64,000 nucleotides of DNA from Limnohabitans sp. (lineage in GTDB: Bacteria; Pseudomonadota; Gammaproteobacteria; Burkholderiales; Burkholderiaceae_C): assembly GCA_024642215.1 (NCBI GenBank), contig JAHEBO010000002.1, positions 53,360 through 117,359 of the forward strand, written 5' to 3'. Made by a program: the position numbers and the translations under genes. This document shows positions 46,145-55,524 of this stretch, piece by piece (the first letter of the stretch is position 1; each line of letters starts with the position of its first letter). The notes under the pieces were generated by a model, which was not told the origin of the DNA, ran no database searches, and saw only the letters and a list, made by a program, of their open reading frames with translations.

Positions 46145-47575
46145 ATGAAGCCCAACACCTTGAGCAACATCAGTCGCAGAACCCTGCTCCAAAGAAGTTC
46201 CGCGTTGGCAATGCAACAGATTGCCTTGCCCATGGCCACCAGTATGGCCATGATGGCCGATGCTGCAGCCCAATCTGCCAACGACTACAAGGCGCTGGTT
46301 TGCATCTTTTTGTACGGCGCGAACGACCACTACAACACCGTCATCCCTTACGACTTGGCAACGCACACCAACTACTTCAACATTCGCAAAGGCACGCCAG
46401 TCGCAGGCAGTATTTACGATGGCATTGCAATTGGGCGTGACGCACTCACAGCCACAGCGCTTAGCACAGCCTTAAGTGGCGGCCGTCAAATGGCACTGAA
46501 TCCAGAAATGCAGGCGCTCAAAGGATTGTTCGAAAGTAAACGTGCTTCTGTGCTGATGAATGTAGGTCCACTCATCGTCCCCACAACTCGATTGCAATAC
46601 GACCAGAAGTCTGTGCCCTTGCCACCCAAGCTGTTTTCACACAATGATCAGCAAGCCTATTGGCAATCCTCCTTTCAAACAGAAGGTGGCGCCAGTGGCT
46701 GGGGTGGACGCGCAGCAGATTTGCTGATGAGCAGCAACAATCGATCTTCTCTGACTTGTGTTTCCGTCAATGGCAATGCTCTCTTCCTCTCCGGACAAAA
46801 CGCCATTTCCTATCAAATGAGCGCTTCAGGCGCTACAACTGTCAATGCCATCAAAGGCAAGTCCTTGTTTGGTTCCGCGAACTGCGCTTCAGCTTTGCAA
46901 ACATTGATGACGCAACCCAGCACCACACCCATGGGCAATGACTACAACACGGTTGCCAAGCGCGCACTAGACACCTACGACGGCATTGTTGCCGCCATTG
47001 GCAATGCGCCCAGCGCGTCTATGAATGCGTTGTTTCCATCCGCCGCCGCCAACAGCTTGTCTGCACAACTCAAAATGGTCGCACGACTGATCGAGCAGCA
47101 AGCTGCCTTTGGCATGAAGCGACAAGTGTTCATGGTGGGGATGGGCGGTTTTGATCTGCACGACTTCTTGCCCTCCCAACACCCTGCACTGCTGCAAAAA
47201 ATCAGCGCTGCCATGCATGAGTTTGACGGTGCCATGATCAGCATGGGCAAAGACATGCAAGTCACTGCCTTTACAGCATCAGACTTTGGCAGAACCTTAA
47301 CGTCCAATGGCGATGGCTCTGACCACGGCTGGGGCAGCCATCACTTTGTCATGGGTGGTGCTGTAGCCGGCGGACAGTTTTTGGGAACAGCCCCTGAGAT
47401 TGGCCTGACGCACAATGAACAAGTGGGTGGTGGCAGACTTTTACCAAGCACTTCCGTCGACCAATTTGGCGCAGAGCTGGCGTCCTGGTTTGGTGTGAGT
47501 CAAAGTGATGTTAAAACAGTACTACCCAATGCCAGTCACTTTGATCTTTATAAACTTGGAATATTCAAAAAATGA
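46145..47575 (+). CDS. DUF1501 domain-containing protein (sulfatase/alkaline-phosphatase superfamily-like) with Tat signal
   Basis: 476 aa from MKPNTLSNISRRTLLQRSSALAM.... ...MGGFDLHD... and ...SDFGRTLTSNGDGSDHGWGSHHFVMGG... motifs are typical of DUF1501. It starts 5 nt after the DUF1800 stop. Confidence 0.8.
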   Translation: MKPNTLSNISRRTLLQRSSALAMQQIALPMATSMAMMADAAAQSANDYKALVCIFLYGANDHYNTVIPYDLATHTNYFNIRKGTPVAGSIYDGIAIGRDALTATALSTALSGGRQMALNPEMQALKGLFESKRASVLMNVGPLIVPTTRLQYDQKSVPLPPKLFSHNDQQAYWQSSFQTEGGASGWGGRAADLLMSSNNRSSLTCVSVNGNALFLSGQNAISYQMSASGATTVNAIKGKSLFGSANCASALQTLMTQPSTTPMGNDYNTVAKRALDTYDGIVAAIGNAPSASMNALFPSAAANSLSAQLKMVARLIEQQAAFGMKRQVFMVGMGGFDLHDFLPSQHPALLQKISAAMHEFDGAMISMGKDMQVTAFTASDFGRTLTSNGDGSDHGWGSHHFVMGGAVAGGQFLGTAPEIGLTHNEQVGGGRLLPSTSVDQFGAELASWFGVSQSDVKTVLPNASHFDLYKLGIFKK

Positions 47576-48405
47576 ACATGAAACCTTTTTCACTTGCGTT
47601 TGCTTTTAGCCTTTGCATGTCTGTGGCAAATGCACAAACTTCAAAGGGTGACATCAAAGCGGGGCCTTTGACACACACGCAAGAATCGATGCTGACATTG
47701 GTCAGTGAATCTCAAGTTGCATTGCCTGGTCAATTAACAAGCAAAGAAATTTACGTCGGTCCTCTCAAATCTGCACCTGCAATTGGCAATGTCAAAGTAC
47801 CCGTTGTCTTGTTCATGCACGGCTCCTCTGGCTTAGGCCTTAAAGCCATCGCAGACTGGCAACAGTGGCTGGCCAGTTTGGGCATTGCCAGCATTGCACC
47901 CAATTCTTTCGCACTGAAAGACCGACTGACCTATACATCGCCTATCGACAAAGATACTTACGAAAAACTACATGCTTTTAGAGCCTCTGAAATTGACATC
48001 ACGCTCAAAGCACTGCAAAAAATGCCTTGGGTGGATGGCAACAAAATTGTCTTGGCAGGCACCAGCGAAGGCTCTGTGCCTGTCGCGCGTTACACAGGCA
48101 AAGAATTTGCAGGTCGCATCATGTTTGCGTGGTCTTGCGAGGACAACTACTTTGTCAAAGCGCATCAAACGGCCATTCCAGATGACCAACCTACCCTCAA
48201 CATCATCAGTTCGACAGACCCCTATTTCTCGCCAAGCAACGCATGGTTGGGCAATGCGCAAGGTGTGGGGCATTGCGGTGCAGTACTGAAGAACAACAAA
48301 AAAGCCAGCATTGTGTTGATTCCTGGTGGTCCGCACACTGTTTTGACTTTTCCTCAAGCCAAAGGCCCAGTGCAGGGCTTCTTGACAGACTTATTCAAGC
48401 TCTAA
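47572..48405 (+). CDS. Secreted alpha/beta hydrolase (dienelactone-hydrolase-like)
   Basis: 277 aa. Signal peptide FSLAFAFSLCMSVANAQ. ...VVLFMHGSSG... and nucleophile elbow LAGTSEGS. ATGA overlap with the DUF1501 stop. Confidence 0.7.
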   Translation: MNMKPFSLAFAFSLCMSVANAQTSKGDIKAGPLTHTQESMLTLVSESQVALPGQLTSKEIYVGPLKSAPAIGNVKVPVVLFMHGSSGLGLKAIADWQQWLASLGIASIAPNSFALKDRLTYTSPIDKDTYEKLHAFRASEIDITLKALQKMPWVDGNKIVLAGTSEGSVPVARYTGKEFAGRIMFAWSCEDNYFVKAHQTAIPDDQPTLNIISSTDPYFSPSNAWLGNAQGVGHCGAVLKNNKKASIVLIPGGPHTVLTFPQAKGPVQGFLTDLFKL

Positions 48406-49767
48406 ATAGCACCCGTCACTTTGCAAGCGCTGTTGAAGCGCTTGCACGGAGATGTTTGAGAAATGATCCCCTTCCGGCACCTGCGCGGCAGCAGTGCCAG
48501 CTGCTTGTCCCATGACAAAACAAGCACCGCTCACCCTGGCTGCCGACTGACCTTCATGCGTCATGGATGCACAACGACCCGCAACCAGCAAGTTGCTGAT
48601 GCCGTGAGGCACCAACATTCGCCATGGCAGCTGGTTGTAAAGACGCTGCTGTGGGCCTACCGGAACTTCGGGAAAACGCCATTCAATTCTGCCCTGCGAA
48701 TGCATTTCCATTGGCCACGCATTGACACCGATGGTGTCTGTAAAAGAAGCGCAAGAAACAATGTCATGGCCTGTTAAAGCATAGGAACCTTGAATGCGTC
48801 GACTTTCACGAATGCCCACTTGCGGCGCAATTTCAGTAATCTGCGCTTGTGCAAATCCGGGCACTTCATTTTTTAAAAATCTAAAAAACTCACCAACCTG
48901 CTGCCGGCCATCTAACTCACCCTGACTGAGTTGACGCGCATTGGTTGCATCCATGGCCATGCCATTGGGCTGCGCAATTTGCGTGACGTTGGCGCGCCAT
49001 TCCGTAGGATTCTTTTGAGGACGCAAAATGGCGCCTTCACGCGGAAATTGATAATGACCCGGCTTTTGAAATTGAGCATTTTTCATCAGCACATTAATGG
49101 CCTGAAACTCACCCACTGCGGGCAAAGCCGCTTGTGCGTCCACATGCGCAATGCGAAACATCGTGGTGGGATAAAGGCCGCTGCCCTGCCCATCACCCAC
49201 TTCAAAGGGTACCCCTGCAAAGGCAGCCACATCGGCATCGCCCGAGCAATCTATGTAAGACTTGGCCAATACCGTTTGTCGGCCAGATTTGGTCTCAACA
49301 AACAAGGCTTTCAAGTGCCCTGCTTCAACATGCACTTGTGCTGCCCAAGCGTGAAACAGAATTTCAACACCCACATCACGAAGCATTTGATCAGCCGCAC
49401 ATTTGTAGGCCGACATGTCGTAAGACCGCACGCGGATGCGGCCTTGCATGCCATCTTGGGGATCGTTCAAGCCATCCAGGGCTGTCAGCCGATCAAAGAT
49501 TTCGTCCACGACACCGTGAACGACTTGCTGCATTTGGCCCTTGCGAATGCCATACAAGCCCGCAAAATTGGTGACCCCACCAGCGGTACCCATGCCACCT
49601 AAAAACCCGTAGCGCTCGATCAACAGAACTTTGGCGCCGTGCTTGGCTGCACTCCAACTGGCCGCAATACCGGCGGGCCCACCGCCCACAACCACCACAT
49701 CAAAACTGCCGTAGACAGGCAGTTTCCTGGCTGGCTCAATCCAATGGGCCGCTGGATTGTCAGTCAA
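48391..49767 (-). CDS. FAD-dependent oxidoreductase (FAD_oxidored-type)
   Basis: 458 aa. FDVVVVGGGPAGIAASWSAAKHGAKVLLIERYGFLGGMGTAGG dinucleotide-binding N-terminus. TTG start at 49767, so the start is uncertain. Confidence 0.8.
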   Translation of the reverse strand: MTDNPAAHWIEPARKLPVYGSFDVVVVGGGPAGIAASWSAAKHGAKVLLIERYGFLGGMGTAGGVTNFAGLYGIRKGQMQQVVHGVVDEIFDRLTALDGLNDPQDGMQGRIRVRSYDMSAYKCAADQMLRDVGVEILFHAWAAQVHVEAGHLKALFVETKSGRQTVLAKSYIDCSGDADVAAFAGVPFEVGDGQGSGLYPTTMFRIAHVDAQAALPAVGEFQAINVLMKNAQFQKPGHYQFPREGAILRPQKNPTEWRANVTQIAQPNGMAMDATNARQLSQGELDGRQQVGEFFRFLKNEVPGFAQAQITEIAPQVGIRESRRIQGSYALTGHDIVSCASFTDTIGVNAWPMEMHSQGRIEWRFPEVPVGPQQRLYNQLPWRMLVPHGISNLLVAGRCASMTHEGQSAARVSGACFVMGQAAGTAAAQVPEGDHFSNISVQALQQRLQSDGCYLELE

Positions 49768-50734
49768 TGGAAACGCCTGTGCGCTTGATCACGGGCGTCA
49801 TGACACGCAGTTCTTGGAGCATGAAGCTTTTGAGTTCAGACTCTGTGCCACCGATGGGTTCCATGTACTGGCCGTAAAGCTTTTCTTTGACATCGGGCAT
49901 GGCCAAAATTGAATTGATTTCTTGGTTCACACGCTGCACGATGTCTGAAGGCGTACTGGCAGGCGCCATGACGGCCATCCAAGCGACGTTTTCGATGCCC
50001 GTAAAACCAGCCTCTTTCATGGTGGGCACATCAGGCAAAAACTGGCTGCGTTTGGACGTAGACACCGCCAAGGCTCGCATTTTTCCAGCCTTCACTTGTG
50101 GCAACACAGCGACTGCAGGCACACATGCAAATTGCACGTCGCCTTGCAAAATAGCCATGATGGCCAAAGGTGATGAGACATATGGAATGTGAACTGCATA
50201 GGTGTCTGTTTTAACCTTCAGCAACTCCACGCCCAATTGAGACAGACTGCCAATCCCGGTTGAGGAAAAATTAAACTGCCCAGGTTTACTGCGCATGGCG
50301 TTCACCAAATCTGACAAGGTATTGATACCCGTGTCACTGCGCACAGCACACACATTGGATTGACCACCGGCCAAAACGACAGGACGCAATTCGGTAAAGG
50401 GGTCGTAGCTGAGCTTTTTGTACAAGACTGTGTTGTAGACCAGCGGACCGTTGGTGCTGATCAAAAAAGTGTAACCATCACCGGCGGCCTTGGCCACCGT
50501 ACCCGTGCCTGTGTTGCCACCTGCGCCAATGCGGTTGTCGATGACCACAGGCTGGCCCAACCGAGCAGACAACTTTTCAGAAATGATGCGCGCAATGACA
50601 TCAGGTGAGGAGCCAGGTCCATATGGCACAACCAATTTTATGGGGCGTGCAGGCCAAGAGGCCTGAGCCTGCGCAGTGCTGATGCCTAGGACGCAAGCCA
50701 TGCTCACCAGCCATACTTTGAACAAAGATTTCAT
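49760..50734 (-). CDS. Bug/TctC-family substrate-binding protein
   Basis: 324 aa. Signal peptide, then WPARPIKLVVPYGPGSSPDVIAR. ATGA overlap with the upstream gene on the minus strand. Confidence 0.9.
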   Translation of the reverse strand: MKSLFKVWLVSMACVLGISTAQAQASWPARPIKLVVPYGPGSSPDVIARIISEKLSARLGQPVVIDNRIGAGGNTGTGTVAKAAGDGYTFLISTNGPLVYNTVLYKKLSYDPFTELRPVVLAGGQSNVCAVRSDTGINTLSDLVNAMRSKPGQFNFSSTGIGSLSQLGVELLKVKTDTYAVHIPYVSSPLAIMAILQGDVQFACVPAVAVLPQVKAGKMRALAVSTSKRSQFLPDVPTMKEAGFTGIENVAWMAVMAPASTPSDIVQRVNQEINSILAMPDVKEKLYGQYMEPIGGTESELKSFMLQELRVMTPVIKRTGVSID

Positions 50735-51129
50735 GATGCCACTTCTTCGGTTTGAGAAAACAAAGTTTGCTCGGCAGCAATGAATCCAGCCACCAAGCTA
50801 CGATATGCAGATTCCACAATGTCTTCAAAACCTGGAAAATTGTCTGCATGTTCAGACGCCAAGTTTCTCACTTTTTTGAACACTTCCGCCTGACGTGCGG
50901 GGGCGGCAACTTGATAGGCATCCTTTTTAAACCGAGTGGCGTCTCTGACCCGCAATGAACGCGCTGCCATCAAGCTCACAATTTGACGGTCTAAGTCGTC
51001 AATTTCGTCCCTCAAAGCCTGCAAGTTGGGGGCCATTTCGACGTAAGAAGGGTCCTTGAATCGGCGCACGGCCTGGCCTGTGGCCAGGGGTTCATTGGAA
51101 ATGTGATTCATGGCGCTCTGCCTTTTCAT
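50731..51129 (-). CDS. AroQ-class chorismate mutase-fold protein (PchB / isochorismate-pyruvate lyase-like)
   Basis: 132 aa. ...LQALRDEIDDLDRQIVSLMAARSLRVRDATRFKK...APARQAEV... matches the CM_2 helix pattern. No signal peptide. Confidence 0.7.
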   Translation of the reverse strand: MKRQSAMNHISNEPLATGQAVRRFKDPSYVEMAPNLQALRDEIDDLDRQIVSLMAARSLRVRDATRFKKDAYQVAAPARQAEVFKKVRNLASEHADNFPGFEDIVESAYRSLVAGFIAAEQTLFSQTEEVAS

Positions 51130-51142
51130 TCAAAAAACACGC

Positions 51143-52162
51143 TTATTCAGCAGTGATGTTGGCCTGTTTGATCAAGTTGCCATATTTTGCAAATTGCGTT
51201 TTAAGATCAGCCGCCAATTCGTCAGGACTGGTTCCTTTGGGTGTGAGGCCCAAACCCAACAATTGCTCCTTGATGGCGGGATCTGATATGGCCTTCACAA
51301 TTTCAGAATGCAATTTTTGAAGAATGGCTTTGGGTGTGCCGGCAGGCGCCATCATGGCGTACCAAGAATTAAATTCAAAACCATTCAAACCTGACTCGGA
51401 CACTGTTGGCACATCAGGAAACTGTGGCAGACGTTTGGGTGTTGTGACGGCAATCAGTCGCAGTTTACCGGCCTTGACCAAAGAACTCACAGTGGCAATG
51501 CCCTGAAAAGCCACTTGAACTTCATGGCCCGCTACGCCCACTGCGGCCTGCGTCGCACCTTTGTAGGGGACGTGCGTCAATTGCACGCCCGCTTGCGATG
51601 CAAACAATGCCATGGCAATGTGTTGCGGACTGCCATTGCCGCCCGAGCCATAATTCATTTGTCCTGGTGCTTTTTTGGCAGCCGCGATCAAGTCGGCGGC
51701 CGTTCGGATGCTGGAATCGGAGGGAACCACCACCCCCCACTCGACCGTCGCCACCAGGGAGATAGGCTCAAAATCTTTTTGAATGTCCCATGGCATCTTG
51801 GCTTGTAAGTTGGGCAACATGGTCATGATGCTGTCATTGAAACCGCCCAAGGTATACCCATCGGGTGCAGCTTTGGCCACCCTGTCAGCGCCAATCAAAC
51901 CCGCGGCACCCGCCTGATTTTCAACAGCAACGCTAGCGCCCAGATTGGCAGCAACTTTTTGCATCACGATGCGCGCGGCATTGTCTACTGCACTGCCAGC
52001 CGCTAAGGGCACGATCAATTTAATGGGTTTGTTGGGATATGCGTTGGTTTGCGCCATGGCTGGCACACCCATGACGCTGGCAAAACTCAGCGCACAGAGC
52101 AGGAGCAAGGTGCTGGCTTTTTTTAAAGTGCCGGGCATGAAGCCGTATTCTTGTAATTTCAT
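51143..52162 (-). CDS. Bug/TctC-family substrate-binding protein
   Basis: 339 aa. Signal peptide, then YPNKPIKLIVPLAAGSAVDNAAR. Alternative start at 52138. Confidence 0.9.
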   Translation of the reverse strand: MKLQEYGFMPGTLKKASTLLLLCALSFASVMGVPAMAQTNAYPNKPIKLIVPLAAGSAVDNAARIVMQKVAANLGASVAVENQAGAAGLIGADRVAKAAPDGYTLGGFNDSIMTMLPNLQAKMPWDIQKDFEPISLVATVEWGVVVPSDSSIRTAADLIAAAKKAPGQMNYGSGGNGSPQHIAMALFASQAGVQLTHVPYKGATQAAVGVAGHEVQVAFQGIATVSSLVKAGKLRLIAVTTPKRLPQFPDVPTVSESGLNGFEFNSWYAMMAPAGTPKAILQKLHSEIVKAISDPAIKEQLLGLGLTPKGTSPDELAADLKTQFAKYGNLIKQANITAE

Positions 52163-52176
52163 TTTTTGTCTCCTGC

Positions 52177-53241
52177 TTATAACGAGTTTGCAGTCAAGGG
52201 ACTGATTTTCAATTGTGTGGCCAAGTCGTTCAATTGCTTGACCAAACTTGGGGCCAGCATGACACCATTTTTTTCATGGTCTAAACGCTTCTGATGACTT
52301 TGTTCACCTGGCAACCAAATGCGATCAACGCCGGGCATGCGATTGGCGCCGCGCAACTCCTGCACCAATCGATCGACGTTTTGTTTGAACTCATCAATGT
52401 CGCCAAAAGCAGCTGGGTCAATGACCGCGATGGCTTGGCCCGTATTGGTGGTGGTCGTGAAATCTTTATTGAAATCGATGACCTGACTTCCCATGGCGGC
52501 ACCATTCAAAGTGCCCGCCAAAATGCCAACAATGAGGGACAAGCCATAGCCTTTGTAGCCGCCAATGGGCAATAAGAAACCTTCGTCACTTTTGGTTGGA
52601 TCCAGCAAGGGTTGCCCTTGTCGGTCAATCATCCAACCCTCCGGCATCATTTCACCGCGCTGCGCTTTGGCTTTCACTTTGCCATAGGCTGCAACGGTGG
52701 TGGCCATGTCCAGAACCACAGGCGCCTCCTTCAAGGTGGGAATGGCAGCCGCAATGGGATTTGTAGACAACAACATGTCCAAGCCACCCCAAGGCGGCAA
52801 ATGGTTGGCGTTGCCCACTGCAAAGTACAAGCCAATCATGTCGTGCTGCAAGGCCATCCGAGCGTACAAAGACGCTGGGCCGGCATGGTTGCTCAAGCGA
52901 CTACCGACCCAAGCAATGCCAGCCGTACGCGCCTTTTGAATGGCCAACTCGGTGGCGCGCTTCATGACCAAATGGCCCATGCCATTGTCGCCATCGATCA
53001 AGGCCATGGCGGTACGCTCTTGGACCACCTGGATGTTGGGATGGAGGTTCAAGCCACCCGCCAAAATTCGCTTGGCATATGGGGCCAATCGAATCACACC
53101 ATGGCCATCTGAGCCTTGCATGTCTGCCTCGGCCATTAAAGTCCCAATGGTATTGGCGTCTTGTTCTGGAATTCCAAGAGACGTCATGGCACGGCCAATG
53201 AAGGCTTGAAGCTGAGAAAAGCTAACTCTGAATTCAGACAT
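52177..53241 (-). CDS. Ldh_2-family (malate/L-lactate/ureidoglycolate-type) NAD(P)H oxidoreductase
   Basis: 354 aa. ...EADMQGSDGHGVIRLAPY... and ...PIGGYKGYGLSL... motifs of the Ldh_2 family. Confidence 0.8.
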   Translation of the reverse strand: MSEFRVSFSQLQAFIGRAMTSLGIPEQDANTIGTLMAEADMQGSDGHGVIRLAPYAKRILAGGLNLHPNIQVVQERTAMALIDGDNGMGHLVMKRATELAIQKARTAGIAWVGSRLSNHAGPASLYARMALQHDMIGLYFAVGNANHLPPWGGLDMLLSTNPIAAAIPTLKEAPVVLDMATTVAAYGKVKAKAQRGEMMPEGWMIDRQGQPLLDPTKSDEGFLLPIGGYKGYGLSLIVGILAGTLNGAAMGSQVIDFNKDFTTTTNTGQAIAVIDPAAFGDIDEFKQNVDRLVQELRGANRMPGVDRIWLPGEQSHQKRLDHEKNGVMLAPSLVKQLNDLATQLKISPLTANSL

Positions 53242-53929
53242 TTTTCATCCGGTTTTGAAGTGCCATCACGGCACAGTCTGGGCTGGTCAATAGTGGCGAA
53301 GGCGTTTTGGATTGTGCCAAAGGCTGCGCAGCTGCCATGGAAAATTGAGCCAGCATGTACACATCACATGCTGGCATTTGCTCTATCGCCGCCGCAATTC
53401 GTTGGTGATGCAGCAGGGCATCTCCTTTGGCCAAATCGTCCATGGCCTGCGGCACATGTACACCATGCAAATGAACAGAATGCTTCAGATTTGACGTCAT
53501 CGCATTGAACTCCTCGCTCATCGAATCAATAGACGCTGCAAATGTGGCCACCAAGCCAACATGGATTGCATCTGTTTTCAATGGTTTTGCAAGCAAAGCC
53601 AATTGCAGTGCCTCTTCAAACATCGCTTCGTTGGGTTTCAATGTAGGAAGACTGGTGGCATTGGCTGCCGCTTCAATGGCCTCACCAAAGGCAGAACAAG
53701 TAAACAAAATACCTTGACAACCTGCTCGCTTGGCGTACTGTGCCAAGTCAATAAACCGCTCGACCATGTCCGCCGTCAAGTGCCCCGCGGCGGCATGATC
53801 TCGCGACAAACTGTCATCCAAAATGTTTTGAAGTTGTGCCGCTGGCCACAGTTTTTGAAATGACGTGTTGACGGGTTCAATGGCCAAAGGCGTTGCATGA
53901 ATGAGTGCAATGCGAGGGGCACTCATCAT
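53234..53929 (-). CDS. Asp/Glu/hydantoin racemase-fold protein (racemase / arylmalonate-decarboxylase superfamily)
   Basis: 231 aa. N-terminal ...RIALIHATPLAIEPV... and central ...GILFTCSAFG... (Cys-containing loop) fit this fold. Family-level call only. Confidence 0.55.
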   Translation of the reverse strand: MMSAPRIALIHATPLAIEPVNTSFQKLWPAAQLQNILDDSLSRDHAAAGHLTADMVERFIDLAQYAKRAGCQGILFTCSAFGEAIEAAANATSLPTLKPNEAMFEEALQLALLAKPLKTDAIHVGLVATFAASIDSMSEEFNAMTSNLKHSVHLHGVHVPQAMDDLAKGDALLHHQRIAAAIEQMPACDVYMLAQFSMAAAQPLAQSKTPSPLLTSPDCAVMALQNRMKNV

Positions 53930-54924
53930 TCAATCCGCAAGCCGGTCTTTTCAATCACAGGCTTCCAACGCGCCATCTCTTCTTTGATGTATTCGGTTGC
54001 AGACTCTGGCGTGGAGTCTGTGGGTTCCATTGCCAATTTATTCAATTGATCAACCAGCACAGGATCTTTTAAAACCTTGGCGGTGGCCGCGGCCAAAATA
54101 TCAATGACAGCTTTGGGTGTGCCTGCTGGTGCAGCAACACCATTCCACAAAACTGCTTCAAAACCTTTGATGCCCAAGGCTTCGTTCACTGTAGGCACAT
54201 CGGGCGCTAAGTTAGAACGCTTGTTGGAGGCAATGGCTAAAATTTTGGCTTGGCCACCTTGATGCAAAGGCAATGCTGAACCTAGAGCGTCAACCATGGT
54301 TTCGGTTTGGCCGCCTAACAAAGCAGGTTTTGCTTGCCCGCTGCCTTTGTAAGGGATGTGCTCAATTTTGGCGCCCGACTCCAACAAAAAGCGTTCCATG
54401 GACAAATGCAAATAAGTTCCTTGTCCAGGTGATCCATAACGAAACTTGGTGGGGTTGGCTTTGGCTTGATCGATCAGGGCTTTCAAGGTTTGCGGTGACT
54501 CTTTGTTGGCCATCACCACCACCGCAGAGCCGCCCACCACAGCCACTGTGGTGAAGTCTTTGAGGTAATCGTATTGCGGCTTGAGGGCCATCAAGTTGTA
54601 CAAAGCCAGGTTGGAGGCTGTACCAAACAGCAAGGTGTGGCCATCGGGTTGACTGCGCTTAACCTCCAATGAACCAATGGCGCCGCTGGCCCCCGCTTTG
54701 TTGTCCACAATCACACTTTGATTCAAGACACGCGACAAACCGATGGCGTATTGACGCGCAAAAATGTCGGTCGGCCCTCCGGCAGGGAACGGCACAATCA
54801 ATCGAATGGTTTTGGTGGGGAAATTGGTTTGAGCTTGAACGCTGAATGGCAAAGCCGCAGCGCAAAATGTCAAAGAGAGTGCTGCGGAAAAAGCACGGCG
54901 TTTGAAGTCGAGAAATTGAACCAC
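53926..54924 (-). CDS. Bug/TctC-family substrate-binding protein
   Basis: Hallmark FPTKTIRLIVPFPAGGPTDIFAR. The GTG at 54924 is preceded by a GGGAG SD and gives VVQFLDFKRRAFSAALSL... The track start at 54990 is an alternative. Confidence 0.85.
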   Translation of the reverse strand: MVQFLDFKRRAFSAALSLTFCAAALPFSVQAQTNFPTKTIRLIVPFPAGGPTDIFARQYAIGLSRVLNQSVIVDNKAGASGAIGSLEVKRSQPDGHTLLFGTASNLALYNLMALKPQYDYLKDFTTVAVVGGSAVVVMANKESPQTLKALIDQAKANPTKFRYGSPGQGTYLHLSMERFLLESGAKIEHIPYKGSGQAKPALLGGQTETMVDALGSALPLHQGGQAKILAIASNKRSNLAPDVPTVNEALGIKGFEAVLWNGVAAPAGTPKAVIDILAAATAKVLKDPVLVDQLNKLAMEPTDSTPESATEYIKEEMARWKPVIEKTGLRIE

Positions 54925-55035
54925 TTTGTCTCCCTTGGACAGGCTGATAATTTGAAGGCAACGCTGTTTGACGGCTTGTGAACCAAGCATATGAAAGCAA
55001 CATTGAAAAACATCATAAGTGCATCGCTGAAGCGA

Positions 55036-55524
55036 TTACAAGCCAGCGTTCCGCCATTCGGACTGGTGTGAAGATGGCTCACACCCAAGCCCCACAAATT
55101 GAATTGCCTGGATGGCGCAGTACTCATCGCGGTCTGATGCATCACCACTGACGCCAATGGCACCTATGACCGTAGATTGCGCATTCAAAATCAGGACGCC
55201 GCCTGGAACTGGAATGAACCGCCCCTCGGAGGCTGCCGCCAAGGCACCTTGAAATGCCGGTCGATTGGCCATGCGGTCGCGAATTAAACGTGTTGACATG
55301 CCCATACCCAATGCCGCCCAGGCTTTGCCAAAAGCAATGTCGTAGCGCAAGATGCCACACCCGTCTTCACGTTGAAAAGAAACCAGCTGCCCACCTGCAT
55401 CAAGAAGCGCAACGGCCAAAGGCAGCAGCCCCTCTCTCTGACGAATGGCCAAACACTCATTCAAGATGGCATTGGCTTGCGATAGGCTCAAACTGGTTTG
55501 GACGGGGTGAAGTTGCTCATTCAT
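55036..55524 (-). CDS. GlcG/HbpS-like (DUF336, haem-degrading-like) protein
   Basis: 162 aa from MNEQLHP.... ...LAVALLDAGGQLVSFQREDG...IAFGKAWAALGMG...GGVLI...VIGAIGVSGDASDRDEYCA.... Confidence 0.8.
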   Translation of the reverse strand: MNEQLHPVQTSLSLSQANAILNECLAIRQREGLLPLAVALLDAGGQLVSFQREDGCGILRYDIAFGKAWAALGMGMSTRLIRDRMANRPAFQGALAAASEGRFIPVPGGVLILNAQSTVIGAIGVSGDASDRDEYCAIQAIQFVGLGCEPSSHQSEWRNAGL

